Shown here piece after piece: positions 9,788 to 19,300 of a stretch of DNA of 64,000 nt (its first letter is position 1; each line of letters begins with the position of its first letter). Both the position numbers and the translations under genes were made by a program. The stretch is from a virus (Duplodnaviria; Caudoviricetes): IMG/VR virus record IMGVR_UViG_3300044675_005052; one strand, 5' to 3'. The notes beneath the pieces were generated by a model that saw nothing but the letters and a program-made list of their open reading frames with translations, was not told where the DNA came from and made no database searches.

Positions 9788-11326
9788 TCAACTTAATGTA
9801 TAAATCAGGTCTTCTTTAGGGAAAATAAACTGACCGTCCATTATTTTTGAATGTTTATTGTCAAAGACCAAAACTTCTTTATTATTACGAGTAAAAATTA
9901 ACCAATCCGTTGAGTATCGTTTAACATTTCCTGTTCCTAAAATCATTATTGAATCTTTAATTTCTTTTTCACCGGTAAATGGTTTAATTTGTGCAGTTTT
10001 TTTAACACCATCAACAATTACTTCACAATCAACACCACCAATCATATCTTCTTTACTCCCAAGTTTACCGATAGCATTAACGTTATCATTACCAAATTGT
10101 TTTTTTAATATTTCAATAGTTTTATCTTCTCTTGATTGTCCCCAACTATTAGTTTGGGTTAAAACTTTCATAAGATTTTGGAATGTGGATGATTTTTGTG
10201 AGAATATTCTAAATTTGTATTCGTCTAAAACGTCAACAAGTTTTCGAACTTCACTTATTTGTTCAAATGGTTTTAGGCCAATCATTTTTATTTCAGGTAA
10301 TTGTTTGGATATTAAAACTTGATTAACATCATTAAGTAAAACACAAAAACAACTATAGTTTGTGTTTAGTTTATTTAAAACTGAACGACCTTGAGTTTCT
10401 AAATCATATACTCCGGCAACTTCACCTTCGGCATATTCGTTATTTCCATAATAGTTGTCGGGAAAAACTTCTTTTAACATTCTGTTAATTCCGTCTTTGA
10501 AGATTGTTTTAACTTTTGGATTGATGTTGAATACCATACGAATCGCCTCATTCATTTCTCTACTACATCTTTCAGATTTACCTTCAGAAATAACAGATTT
10601 TAATTCAGCACTTTCATTTAATTTATTATCCACTCTCATTGTGTATAATTTGTTAACAAATTCCCAATTTACACATTTCCAAAAGTTTTTAATGTAGTCA
10701 TCTTTTTTGTTTCTGTATTTTAGGTAGTAGGCGTGTTCCCATAAATCTAATCCTAAAATTGGGTATCCACCATCTTCAACTACATTCATTAATGGATTGT
10801 CTTGATTTGCGGTAGATACAATTTTTAAGGTGTTTCTTTTTGTTAGGACTAACCAAACCCATCCTGAACCGAATCTATCTTTTGCAATAGTTTCAAATTC
10901 TTTTTTGAAGTTGGCAAATGTATTAAAATCTTTTTTGATTTGTTTGATTACATCACCATTTGGAGTTTGAGTTTTTGGTGATAACATTTTCCAAAATAAT
11001 GCGTGGTTAAATGCTCCTCCTGCATTATTTCTTATAGTTTTATTAAATCTACTGATAGATTTAACTATTTCTTCAAGTTCTAAATCACCATAATCTTTGT
11101 TTTTAAGAGCGGCGTTTAGTTTATCTACGTAACCTTTATAATGTTTGTTATAATGGTAGTTCATTGTTTCAGCATCAATAAATTGCTTTAGTGCTGAATA
11201 GGAATAAGGTAATTTATCGATTCCTATCTTTTTCATCTCATTAAGAAAGAGTGTTTCATTTTCTTGTTTTTCAACATTTTGAATCTCTTCCGTAATGAGT
11301 TTGATTTTATTTTCAATATGTTTCAT
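9788..11326 (-). CDS. sodA: Fe/Mn superoxide dismutase (Mn-type signature) fused to a C-terminal PD-(D/E)xK-like domain
   Basis: LPYSYSAL, HYNKHYKGY, NNAGGAFNHALFW, GSGWVWL, TANQDNP, DLWEHAYY (all four metal ligands present); about 270 extra C-terminal aa with D..GGVD and AQIK. Confidence 0.9.
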   Translation of the reverse strand: MKHIENKIKLITEEIQNVEKQENETLFLNEMKKIGIDKLPYSYSALKQFIDAETMNYHYNKHYKGYVDKLNAALKNKDYGDLELEEIVKSISRFNKTIRNNAGGAFNHALFWKMLSPKTQTPNGDVIKQIKKDFNTFANFKKEFETIAKDRFGSGWVWLVLTKRNTLKIVSTANQDNPLMNVVEDGGYPILGLDLWEHAYYLKYRNKKDDYIKNFWKCVNWEFVNKLYTMRVDNKLNESAELKSVISEGKSERCSREMNEAIRMVFNINPKVKTIFKDGINRMLKEVFPDNYYGNNEYAEGEVAGVYDLETQGRSVLNKLNTNYSCFCVLLNDVNQVLISKQLPEIKMIGLKPFEQISEVRKLVDVLDEYKFRIFSQKSSTFQNLMKVLTQTNSWGQSREDKTIEILKKQFGNDNVNAIGKLGSKEDMIGGVDCEVIVDGVKKTAQIKPFTGEKEIKDSIMILGTGNVKRYSTDWLIFTRNNKEVLVFDNKHSKIMDGQFIFPKEDLIYTLS

Positions 11327-11346
11327 TCGGCTTGTTATTTATTTCT

Positions 11347-11354
11347 TATAAATA
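11347..11354 (-). promoter_or_regulatory. Putative late promoter motif TATTTATA
   Basis: 20 nt upstream of the SOD fusion gene. Confidence 0.6.
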
Positions 11355-11368
11355 TCTCAACAAATAGA

Positions 11369-13144
11369 TTATCTTCGGGTGTTGATTTTATTCATAAGTT
11401 CTTCAATGAAGTCACCACTCTCACCAATGTTATCTCCCATAACCGTTCCGATGTTTTGTTTCTTCATATTAACCATATCATAAATTATCCCTTCTATGGT
11501 ATTATCAAAGATTGGGTAATAAACTGATACCGAATTTTTTTGACCATATCTGTATGCTCTATCTTCAGCTTGAGATAAATCTCCCGGAACAAATGATAGG
11601 TCATTCATAATAACTGCTTCAGCGGCGGTCAATGTGATTCCAACACCGGCAGCTTTCACGTTTCCAATGAACACTTTAATTTTTTCGTTTTCTTGGAATT
11701 GGTCAACAGCGTATTGTCGTTGAGGTTTTGCCGTTGAACCATCTAATTTAACCGCCGATTTACCAAAGTGTTCGGAGATTTTATTTAGAGTGTCAGTAAA
11801 GTTAGTAAAAATAATAACTTTCTTACCTTGTTCTATAATATTTTCAGCAAGTTCGATTGTGTCTTTAATTTTTTCTTCAGCAATTACTTGACGAACTTTC
11901 ATTAGTTTACTGAACTGAACCGTTAATGATGTACTTTCATCCGGATTCTTATCATACCAATCATAATACTCACCCATTAACCCTTCATACATTTTAGATT
12001 TTAATCTCAAATAAATTGGAGTGATAATTTTTTCAGGTAAATCTAATACGTCGGTTTTTAATCTTCGTAAAACTTGTCTTGAAGTTCGGTCTCTTAATTC
12101 TTCCAAATTTGATGCTCCGGTAACGTTCCATATTTTACGACTTCCCGCAGTGAATTGATAACCTTGACAATATCTAATAGCGTAAGCCATCCAATTCTGA
12201 GCAACAGGACTTTCAATTAATGCCAACAGATTAAAGTAGTTCATTGGTCTATTGGTCATAGGTGTCCCGGTTAATAACCAAAGTTTATCCACTTTTTTAC
12301 AGAAACTATTAACCAATTTGGTTCTTGCTGCTTGACCATTACTCACATAATGTGCCTCATCTAAAATAATAAGGTCAAAATTTCCTTGAGTTATTAATGA
12401 ATTTTCTTTGTCTTTTAAATCGTAGAAGTTTTTAAGAATATCGTAATTAACAATTACAAAATCGTGTTCAATTGAAAAGTTTTTACCTTCAGCAATGTAA
12501 ACACTTCTATCTGTATAATTTGCAATCTCTCTTTGCCAGTTAATCTTCAGAGATGCCGGACAAACAATTAATATTTTTTTAGCACCACTCTCTAAAGCCG
12601 CGATAACGGTAATGGTTGTTTTACCAAGACCCATATCATCCGCCAATATGAATCGTTTTGACCCAACTAATTTTTCAATAGCAATTGGTTGATGTTCAAG
12701 AGGTGGTCTATGACTATATTTACTATAATCAATTTTCACATCTTTAATAACGTGGGTTTTAATTAAAGCACCTTTTGGTAGCCAAAAATCGTGGATAGTT
12801 TCACCTTCCGTAATTTTTCCCCAAACATGATAGGATTTGTCTTTCTCAACTAATAGCTTTTCAACCCATATTTGTTCAGGAATCGTGGTTAGTAATTTTT
12901 CATCGGCAATCTTTTTAGCAAAGTAAGGGTCTAAATCAACCCATCTTTTGGCTACCTTTGGTGTTACTCCGTAATAATTAATGATATAGTCAGATTGTGC
13001 CCGAGTAGGGTAAAATCTTTTATTGGTGTCCTTTTGTAGTTTTAATTTAAGGATATAGTTATTCGCCCCCTCGTAAGTATCAAGGAGAGATATTGCTTTC
13101 TGTTCTATTGTTAAATTAGAATTTTCTGATGTATTGTTTTCCAA
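11369..13144 (-). CDS. SNF2/SWI2-family (HARP/SMARCAL1-like) helicase, TTG start
   Basis: LADDMGLGKT, DEAHY, LTGTPMTN, QAEDRAYRYGQ. Confidence 0.92.
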   Translation of the reverse strand: MENNTSENSNLTIEQKAISLLDTYEGANNYILKLKLQKDTNKRFYPTRAQSDYIINYYGVTPKVAKRWVDLDPYFAKKIADEKLLTTIPEQIWVEKLLVEKDKSYHVWGKITEGETIHDFWLPKGALIKTHVIKDVKIDYSKYSHRPPLEHQPIAIEKLVGSKRFILADDMGLGKTTITVIAALESGAKKILIVCPASLKINWQREIANYTDRSVYIAEGKNFSIEHDFVIVNYDILKNFYDLKDKENSLITQGNFDLIILDEAHYVSNGQAARTKLVNSFCKKVDKLWLLTGTPMTNRPMNYFNLLALIESPVAQNWMAYAIRYCQGYQFTAGSRKIWNVTGASNLEELRDRTSRQVLRRLKTDVLDLPEKIITPIYLRLKSKMYEGLMGEYYDWYDKNPDESTSLTVQFSKLMKVRQVIAEEKIKDTIELAENIIEQGKKVIIFTNFTDTLNKISEHFGKSAVKLDGSTAKPQRQYAVDQFQENEKIKVFIGNVKAAGVGITLTAAEAVIMNDLSFVPGDLSQAEDRAYRYGQKNSVSVYYPIFDNTIEGIIYDMVNMKKQNIGTVMGDNIGESGDFIEELMNKINTRR

Positions 13145-13162
13145 TTTTAATCTTTTAATAGA

Positions 13163-13191
13163 AATATAATAAATTATTTAATATTTATCAA
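13163..13191 (-). promoter_or_regulatory. Sigma70-like promoter for the SNF2 helicase
   Basis: TTGATA-N17-TATATT on the minus strand, about 20 nt upstream of the TTG start. Confidence 0.55.
13182..13189 (+). promoter_or_regulatory. Putative late promoter motif TATTTATC
   Basis: Just upstream of the gp14-like gene. Confidence 0.5.
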
Positions 13192-13192
13192 T

Positions 13193-13708
13193 ATGAGTAG
13201 AAATTTAGTACCAATTACAAGAATAGGTAAATTCTTCGGAGCGGAGGATTACAATTTAGACATCTCTATGGGGGAGGAATGGTTATATGGTGATATGAAC
13301 TTTACGTTAGTCCTGTATAAGGTAGACAGATTGAAAACCAAAACAGATGATGTTTATGGTGAGGTAATGACTGATGGTATAAAATATTTACCACCAATTG
13401 AGTTTAAAGCTTATGTTCAAATACTTCCACCTGAAACCAAATACTTGGGTAATTCAAAAATTACACAATCAGAACCTGGTAATATGAAGTTTGCGATTTA
13501 CGCCGCTCAACTTAACGATTTAGGGGTTCAAATTAATTATGGGGATTATATTGGTTATTATGAAACAGAAACAAAAGTTAGATATTACGTGGTTAGCGAT
13601 GACGGAAGAATTAATTCAGATAATAAACATACATATGCCGGTTATAAACCATTTTATAAATCATATGTAGCAACTCCGGTAACGGAAAACGAATTTAGAG
13701 GATTATAA
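13193..13708 (+). CDS. Head closure / neck protein, T4 gp14-like
   Basis: Size, position near gp13-like and gp15-like genes; DDVYGE...PIEFKAYV...GDYIGY pattern; late motif upstream. Confidence 0.55.
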   Translation: MSRNLVPITRIGKFFGAEDYNLDISMGEEWLYGDMNFTLVLYKVDRLKTKTDDVYGEVMTDGIKYLPPIEFKAYVQILPPETKYLGNSKITQSEPGNMKFAIYAAQLNDLGVQINYGDYIGYYETETKVRYYVVSDDGRINSDNKHTYAGYKPFYKSYVATPVTENEFRGL

Positions 13709-14061
13709 TGAAAGTAATAATAACAGAATCTAGATTACACAACATTGTAATTAAATTTCTAAACTCCGAATATGGAGATTTGAAATTGTATGATTATAAT
13801 AAATTTCTCATTTTATTAATAAAAGATGGTGAAATTATATTTGATTACAATACAAAAAGTAATGTGGTACATATTTCATATAAACACATTGGACATTATT
13901 TGGAAAGTCTTTTCGGTATGGGAAATAGACAGATTGGTGAGGTTATTAAGTTATGGGTGGAGGAGTATTATAATTTACCAGTAAAGGCGGTAACTACCAA
14001 TAACGATTTTCATGAAAATATTGTGTGGAGGGACATCTTAAAACAAATCAACAAAATATGA
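13708..14061 (+). CDS. Hypothetical protein with MKVIITE leader (paralog of next gene)
   Basis: TAATG overlap with previous gene; C-terminal WVEEYYNLPVKAV. Confidence 0.8.
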   Translation: MKVIITESRLHNIVIKFLNSEYGDLKLYDYNKFLILLIKDGEIIFDYNTKSNVVHISYKHIGHYLESLFGMGNRQIGEVIKLWVEEYYNLPVKAVTTNNDFHENIVWRDILKQINKI

Positions 14062-14471
14062 AACTAATAATAACAGAAAATAAACTATTCAATTCAATAT
14101 ACAATTATATTGATAAAACATTTAATTCAAGTAAAATGGATTGGGTTTATGGTATGGATGAAGATGAAGATGGATATCCTGATGTTGATAGAGAAAACGA
14201 AAACTTTTTAATGTTCTTTGAAGGTGATTATCAAGGTATTTATGATACTGATATTATTTTTTATTATTTTGATGTTGATTATTATAATACTGAACCATCA
14301 CATAAACCTTTTAGAGATAAAGCACCAATTTTAGAAGTTATTGGTAAGCACGCGGAACATTTAGATGACATGTTTGAAGGACATTGGGAAGAACCTATGA
14401 AAAAATGGTTTGAAGATAATTTTAATTTACCTGTTAAATCAGTATCCACATATTACGATTATGAAAATTAA
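14058..14471 (+). CDS. Hypothetical protein with MKLIITE leader
   Basis: ATG at 14058 overlaps the previous stop and is preferred to the track start at 14025; C-terminal WFEDNFNLPVKSV. Confidence 0.8.
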   Translation: MKLIITENKLFNSIYNYIDKTFNSSKMDWVYGMDEDEDGYPDVDRENENFLMFFEGDYQGIYDTDIIFYYFDVDYYNTEPSHKPFRDKAPILEVIGKHAEHLDDMFEGHWEEPMKKWFEDNFNLPVKSVSTYYDYEN

Positions 14472-14997
14472 AATTAATGAAAGTCAATATAGAAGACTAT
14501 TAGAAACCATTACCGACACAGAAGTGATTTGTGATGAGTGTGGTTGGTCTTGGGCTTTAGCCGATGGTGGAAACGACCCTTATATCTGTCACAAGTGTGG
14601 TCACGATAATGAGGAGAAAAAACATATAGGTGATAAAGTTATGGTTTATTATAACTTACACAAACACACCTTTTCAGTAACCTATGGTGGAAGAGTTATT
14701 ACTCATGCCGACTATGTTAAATTATCAGATGTTGAATTTAGAGTTAGACAAGGTGGAAGAGAAAAAGTAGTTAGAGAAAAAAGTAAAAATGTTCATTCAT
14801 TTGTAATTGGAACATTAATGGATTATTGTAAATATCCTTGTGAAAATTTACCAAGTGAACCAAATGATAACGTAGTTACCTATAATCCATATAAATACAA
14901 TTCTTATGTTATAAAAGACACCGAAGAACCAATATACCGTGCCGGTGAAGTTGAAATGATAAACTTAAGAAACAAAATATTTATAACAAAACAATAA
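14461..14997 (+). CDS. Hypothetical protein with MKIKINE leader, CxxC...CxxC zinc ribbon and a C-terminal domain of unknown function
   Basis: ATG at 14461 preferred to the track start at 14410; CDECGWSW...PYICHKCG. Confidence 0.8.
   Translation: MKIKINESQYRRLLETITDTEVICDECGWSWALADGGNDPYICHKCGHDNEEKKHIGDKVMVYYNLHKHTFSVTYGGRVITHADYVKLSDVEFRVRQGGREKVVREKSKNVHSFVIGTLMDYCKYPCENLPSEPNDNVVTYNPYKYNSYVIKDTEEPIYRAGEVEMINLRNKIFITKQ
14978..14985 (+). promoter_or_regulatory. Putative late promoter motif TATTTATA
   Basis: 13 nt upstream of the gp15-like gene. Confidence 0.55.
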
Positions 14998-14998
14998 C

Positions 14999-16036
14999 AT
15001 GCCATTACCAAATAAAATAAAGAAAACAATTCCGTTAACCTTTCCAAAAACTCTTTACCCAAGAAGAGAACAACTATTGGAAAAAATTAATAAAGACGGA
15101 ACTTATTTACCAAAATCAATTTTACACGCCGATTTGGATGGGGGTATGTTAAATTTTGTTCAAAATGAATTACAGACAATTGTGGATGGTCAAGTAATCC
15201 CAATGGTTGATATCATAATTACATCTCAGAACTGGTCACAATTTACCGAAACTTGGAATTTTCAAGATTTGGACTCAAACGTTTCCCCTCCGTTTATTAC
15301 TGTTGTAAGAAACCCGGAAGTTAAATTCGGAACAAATCCTGCAACAATTTATAATATACCAAATAGAAAACAATATTTTTATGCTCAAGTACCAACTTGG
15401 GATGGAAATAGAAATGGTATGGATATATATAAAATACCTCAACCTGTTCCTGTTGATATTACATATAGTGTTAAAATAATTTGTAATAGAATGAGAGAAT
15501 TAAACGCTTTAAATAAAAACATTCTTGAAATGTTTGCATCTCGTCAAGCTTATACAACTATCAAAGGTCATTATATTCCAATCATTATGAATAACATTAC
15601 TGATGAGTCAGTTATGAATATTGATAAAAGAAAATATTATATTCAAAGTTATGATTTTACAATGTTAGGATTCTTAATTGATGAAAACGAATTTGAAGTT
15701 GCACCGGCAGTTTCAAGAGTTTTAACCGTTATTGAATTTGAAAAAGAATCGTTCACTCGTGGTCGAAGAAAAAATATTACAGACGAATCTACTATTACTA
15801 ATTTTTTATTTGTTGCTGGGAACAATATTTTATCACAAATTTTTGATTATACCGTTGATTTAAATTTAGGTGATACAATCAACATTGAGTCGTATGATGT
15901 GTATCTAAATAATCTATATTATGGGTCTGATTTACTTCAAATTCAGATAAACACCAACGATGTTTTAAAAATAATTGTGGTTAAAAATGATGACTCACAA
16001 GAAGGTATTATTCAGTTAGATAATCAAATACTTTAG
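14999..16036 (+). CDS. Tail completion / sheath terminator, T4 gp15-like
   Basis: PQPVPVDITYSVKII...LNKNILEMF pattern; lies just upstream of the sheath; late motif at 14978. Confidence 0.65.
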   Translation: MPLPNKIKKTIPLTFPKTLYPRREQLLEKINKDGTYLPKSILHADLDGGMLNFVQNELQTIVDGQVIPMVDIIITSQNWSQFTETWNFQDLDSNVSPPFITVVRNPEVKFGTNPATIYNIPNRKQYFYAQVPTWDGNRNGMDIYKIPQPVPVDITYSVKIICNRMRELNALNKNILEMFASRQAYTTIKGHYIPIIMNNITDESVMNIDKRKYYIQSYDFTMLGFLIDENEFEVAPAVSRVLTVIEFEKESFTRGRRKNITDESTITNFLFVAGNNILSQIFDYTVDLNLGDTINIESYDVYLNNLYYGSDLLQIQINTNDVLKIIVVKNDDSQEGIIQLDNQIL

Positions 16037-16197
16037 TTCTCACCATAAATATCCTTCTTTTCCTTACATTGGTCTACAATCATTCTTTCTAAAAAACGAT
16101 ACATTTTTATCCCCCTCTTTTCACAATAGGTCTTTAGGATGTTGTGAACCTCGATTGATATCTTTAGGTTCTTAATTTTTTTTTCGTTATCTGCCAT
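16033..16197 (-). CDS. Small ribbon-helix-helix DNA-binding protein (54 aa; not in ORF track)
   Basis: Translated by hand: MADNEKKIKNLKISIEVHNILKTYCEKRGIKMYRFLERMIVDQCKEKKDIYGEN; alternating beta strand followed by helix-G-helix. Confidence 0.75.
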   Translation of the reverse strand: MADNEKKIKNLKISIEVHNILKTYCEKRGIKMYRFLERMIVDQCKEKKDIYGEN

Positions 16198-16226
16198 GGT
16201 AGAATAAAGGCAGAATTTATTCTACC
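16198..16226. promoter_or_regulatory. Perfect 11-bp inverted repeat abutting the RHH start codon (operator or 5' hairpin)
   Basis: GGTAGAATAAA-GGCAGAA-TTTATTCTACC. Confidence 0.6.
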
Positions 16227-16231
16227 TAATT

Positions 16232-16239
16232 TATAAATA
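16232..16239 (-). promoter_or_regulatory. Putative late promoter motif TATTTATA
   Basis: Upstream of the RHH gene and its inverted repeat. Confidence 0.5.
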
Positions 16240-16276
16240 CTTCTAACAAAGTAAAGTATTTTGGTTTTTTTGATAA

Positions 16277-16284
16277 TATTTATC
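16277..16284 (+). promoter_or_regulatory. Putative late promoter motif TATTTATC
   Basis: 36 nt upstream of the sheath, inside the TTGATAA-TAT-TTATCAA inverted repeat. Confidence 0.55.
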
Positions 16285-16320
16285 AATAAAAATAAATTTA
16301 CAAATTAAAAAGACAAACTA

Positions 16321-19300
16321 ATGGCATCAAATCAAAAAGTATTCGTATCTCCCGGAGTATATACTTCTGAAGTTGATTTAAGTTTCGTAGCACAAAGTGT
16401 GGGGGTTACCACGTTGGGTATTGTGGGTGAGACCTTAAAAGGTCCTGCTTTCGAACCTATCTTTATACGAAATTTTGATGAATTCACAAATTTCTTCGGT
16501 GGAACTTCTCCAGAAAAATTTATAAATACACAAATTCCAAAGTACGAAGCAGCTTATATTGCTAAATCATACTTACAACAATCTAACCAATTATTCGTAA
16601 CGAGAGTTTTAGGATTATCTGGTTATGATGCAGGACCATCTTGGTCTATAACAACAAAAGCTAATGTTGACCCAACAACGGTTGATTTCTTTTGTGAAAG
16701 TGCAACAACGTTTAGTTGTATAACTGAATGTATTGACTTTAAAACAATTAATTATTCTATTGAATTCTCAGCATGTACTAACAGTATTGATAGTATAGTG
16801 TTTACTAACACATCTAATTTAGCTCCTGAGATATCTTCAATATTGTACGAACCTTACGAACAATTCGATGGTAGTATGAGTACATTGTATACTGATTTCT
16901 CTAAACAAATTTTTGATATAGTTTCAAAACCGGAAAAAGAAGATACTTCAATCTATTACTATGGGGCAATACCAACTAGTGTTTATTCAGGATTAAGTGA
17001 AGTATATACAGGTGAAACAAATGTTTATGAAGTTGATAATGTAAGTGCTAATTTATGTAATTATTCTGCACCACAAAATGACCCTTGGTATTACTCATTA
17101 TTTGATAATATTGGTGATGCTGCTTATACAGGGTTTTCATTTTGGTCTGTTGTAACAGGATTAACATTAACACCTATTATTACAACAACAACTACGACTG
17201 ACCCACATACAACAACTACTACGACTGACCCATGTACGACTACAACATCAACATCAACTACTTCAACAACAACCGCAAAACCGGTTCATTGTTATACAGG
17301 TACATTGATAGGTGTTATTTATGTCTACTCGGGAACAGCATATACAGATTATGATGATTTAGTAATCGCTACGTTACGTTCAAGAGGTCTTTCAACATAT
17401 GGTTTAGATGATGGTCCGGTTTATGAAGTGTCAGGATTAACTGATGTTACTTTAGATTGTACAGGAACATATTCTGGTGTAACTAAAAATCCATTTTCAA
17501 CTTTTGGTGTTAACATCACAAGTAAAGATGGTGACCAATATTTCTTTGAAACATCCTTTTCAAACTCTGACCCTAAATATGTAAGTAAAGTATTTGGAGC
17601 GTCTAACTTCTCTAAACCAAGAACTGTAGTTCCGTTATTTGTTGAAGAAAGATTCCAAGCTTTATTAACAAATGCTTGGAGAATGGGTTATATTAGAGGT
17701 TTAAATTGTGAATTAACTGCTTTACCTGATGCTCGTCAAGAGGCTAACCCAACATCAATAGCATTTTATTTAGAAAAATATCAATCTCCGGTATCACCTT
17801 GGGTTGTTTCTGAATTAAGAGGTAATAAAGTTTATAACTTATTTAAATTTACAACAATTGCTGATGGTGATTCTGCTAACGTTGATATTAAGATATCGTT
17901 AGCTAATATGTCATTTAACAATGGTACTTTTGATGTATTGGTTAGAGATTTCTTTGATACAGATTCTGCACCGGTTGTTCTTGAAAAATATACTGATTGT
18001 ACAATGAATCCTCAAGAAAATTCATTTGTTGGTAAAAAAATTGGTAGTTTAGATGGGGAATATCCTTTATTATCAAGTTATATTATGGTTGAGATTAACG
18101 AGGATGCTCCGATAGACGCACTTCCTTGTGGATTCTTAGGATATGATTATAGAGAATATGCTGGTGTAAGACCACCATTCCCATTAATCAAAGCTAAATA
18201 CTACTATCCTGGTGAGGTTGTTTATAACCCACCATTTGGTTTAGCATCAGGTGCGGACGACACAACTACAAGTGCGGGTGATAATGTAAGAAGAACTTAC
18301 TTAGGTATTTCAGATACTGAAGGTATTGACGTTGATTTCTTCCAATATAAAGGAACAAGAATTCCAGCAAGTGTATGTTTTAATACTGAAGGTTTACCTT
18401 GGAACTTTAGAACAAAAGGATTCCATATGGATAAAAACGCAAGTGGTATTACAATTCCTAATGTGTTTGTTACTAGTGGTACACCGGCGTTCTTCTGTGG
18501 TGATGCACCATTTACGTCAGACCCTGATGACCCTGAAAATCCTTATTATAGAATTTTTGCTCGTAAATTTACTTTACTTGTTAAAGGTGGTTTTGATGGA
18601 TGGGACATTTATAGAGAATTTAGAACAAATAAAGATGAATTTGTATTAGGTAGACGAGGTTACTTAAAAGGAGCTTGTTCTACCGCAAGATACCCTTCCG
18701 CGACAGGTTGGGGTGCATTCAAACAAATTAGTGTTGCAGGTAATACTCAAGATTTTGCGAATACCGATTATTACGCTTATTTATTGGGTCAAGAAACATT
18801 TGCAAATCCTGAAGCGGTAAACATTAACGTGTTTGTTACACCGGGTATTGATTATGTAAATAACTCTAATTTAGTTGAAAATGCTATCGATATGATAGAA
18901 TATAGTAGAGCGGATTCATTGTACGTTTGTACAACACCTGACTACAAGATGTATGTTCCTTCGACAGGTAATCAATTTGATTTTATTTACCCACAAGAGG
19001 CAGTAGATAATTTAGCAAATTCAGGTATTGACTCTAACTACACGGCTACTTACTACCCTTGGGTATTAATGAGAGATACGGTTAACAATACACAAATTTA
19101 CTTACCAGCAACTGCTGAGGTAACGAGAAACTTAGCGTTAACAGACAACATCGCTTATCCTTGGTTCGCGGCTGCGGGTTACACGAGAGGTATTGTAAAT
19201 GCGGTTAAAGCGAGAGTTAAATTGACTCAAGAGAATAGAGATACTCTATATCAAGGTCGTTTAAATCCAATCGCAACGTTTTCAGATGTTGGAACAGTAA

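Noticed and set aside
17182-17274. Short direct repeats considered as a CRISPR array (also 63416-63663 and 20553-20610)
   Set aside because: In-frame codon repeats or tiny AT-rich repeats with no unique equal-length spacers and no cas genes
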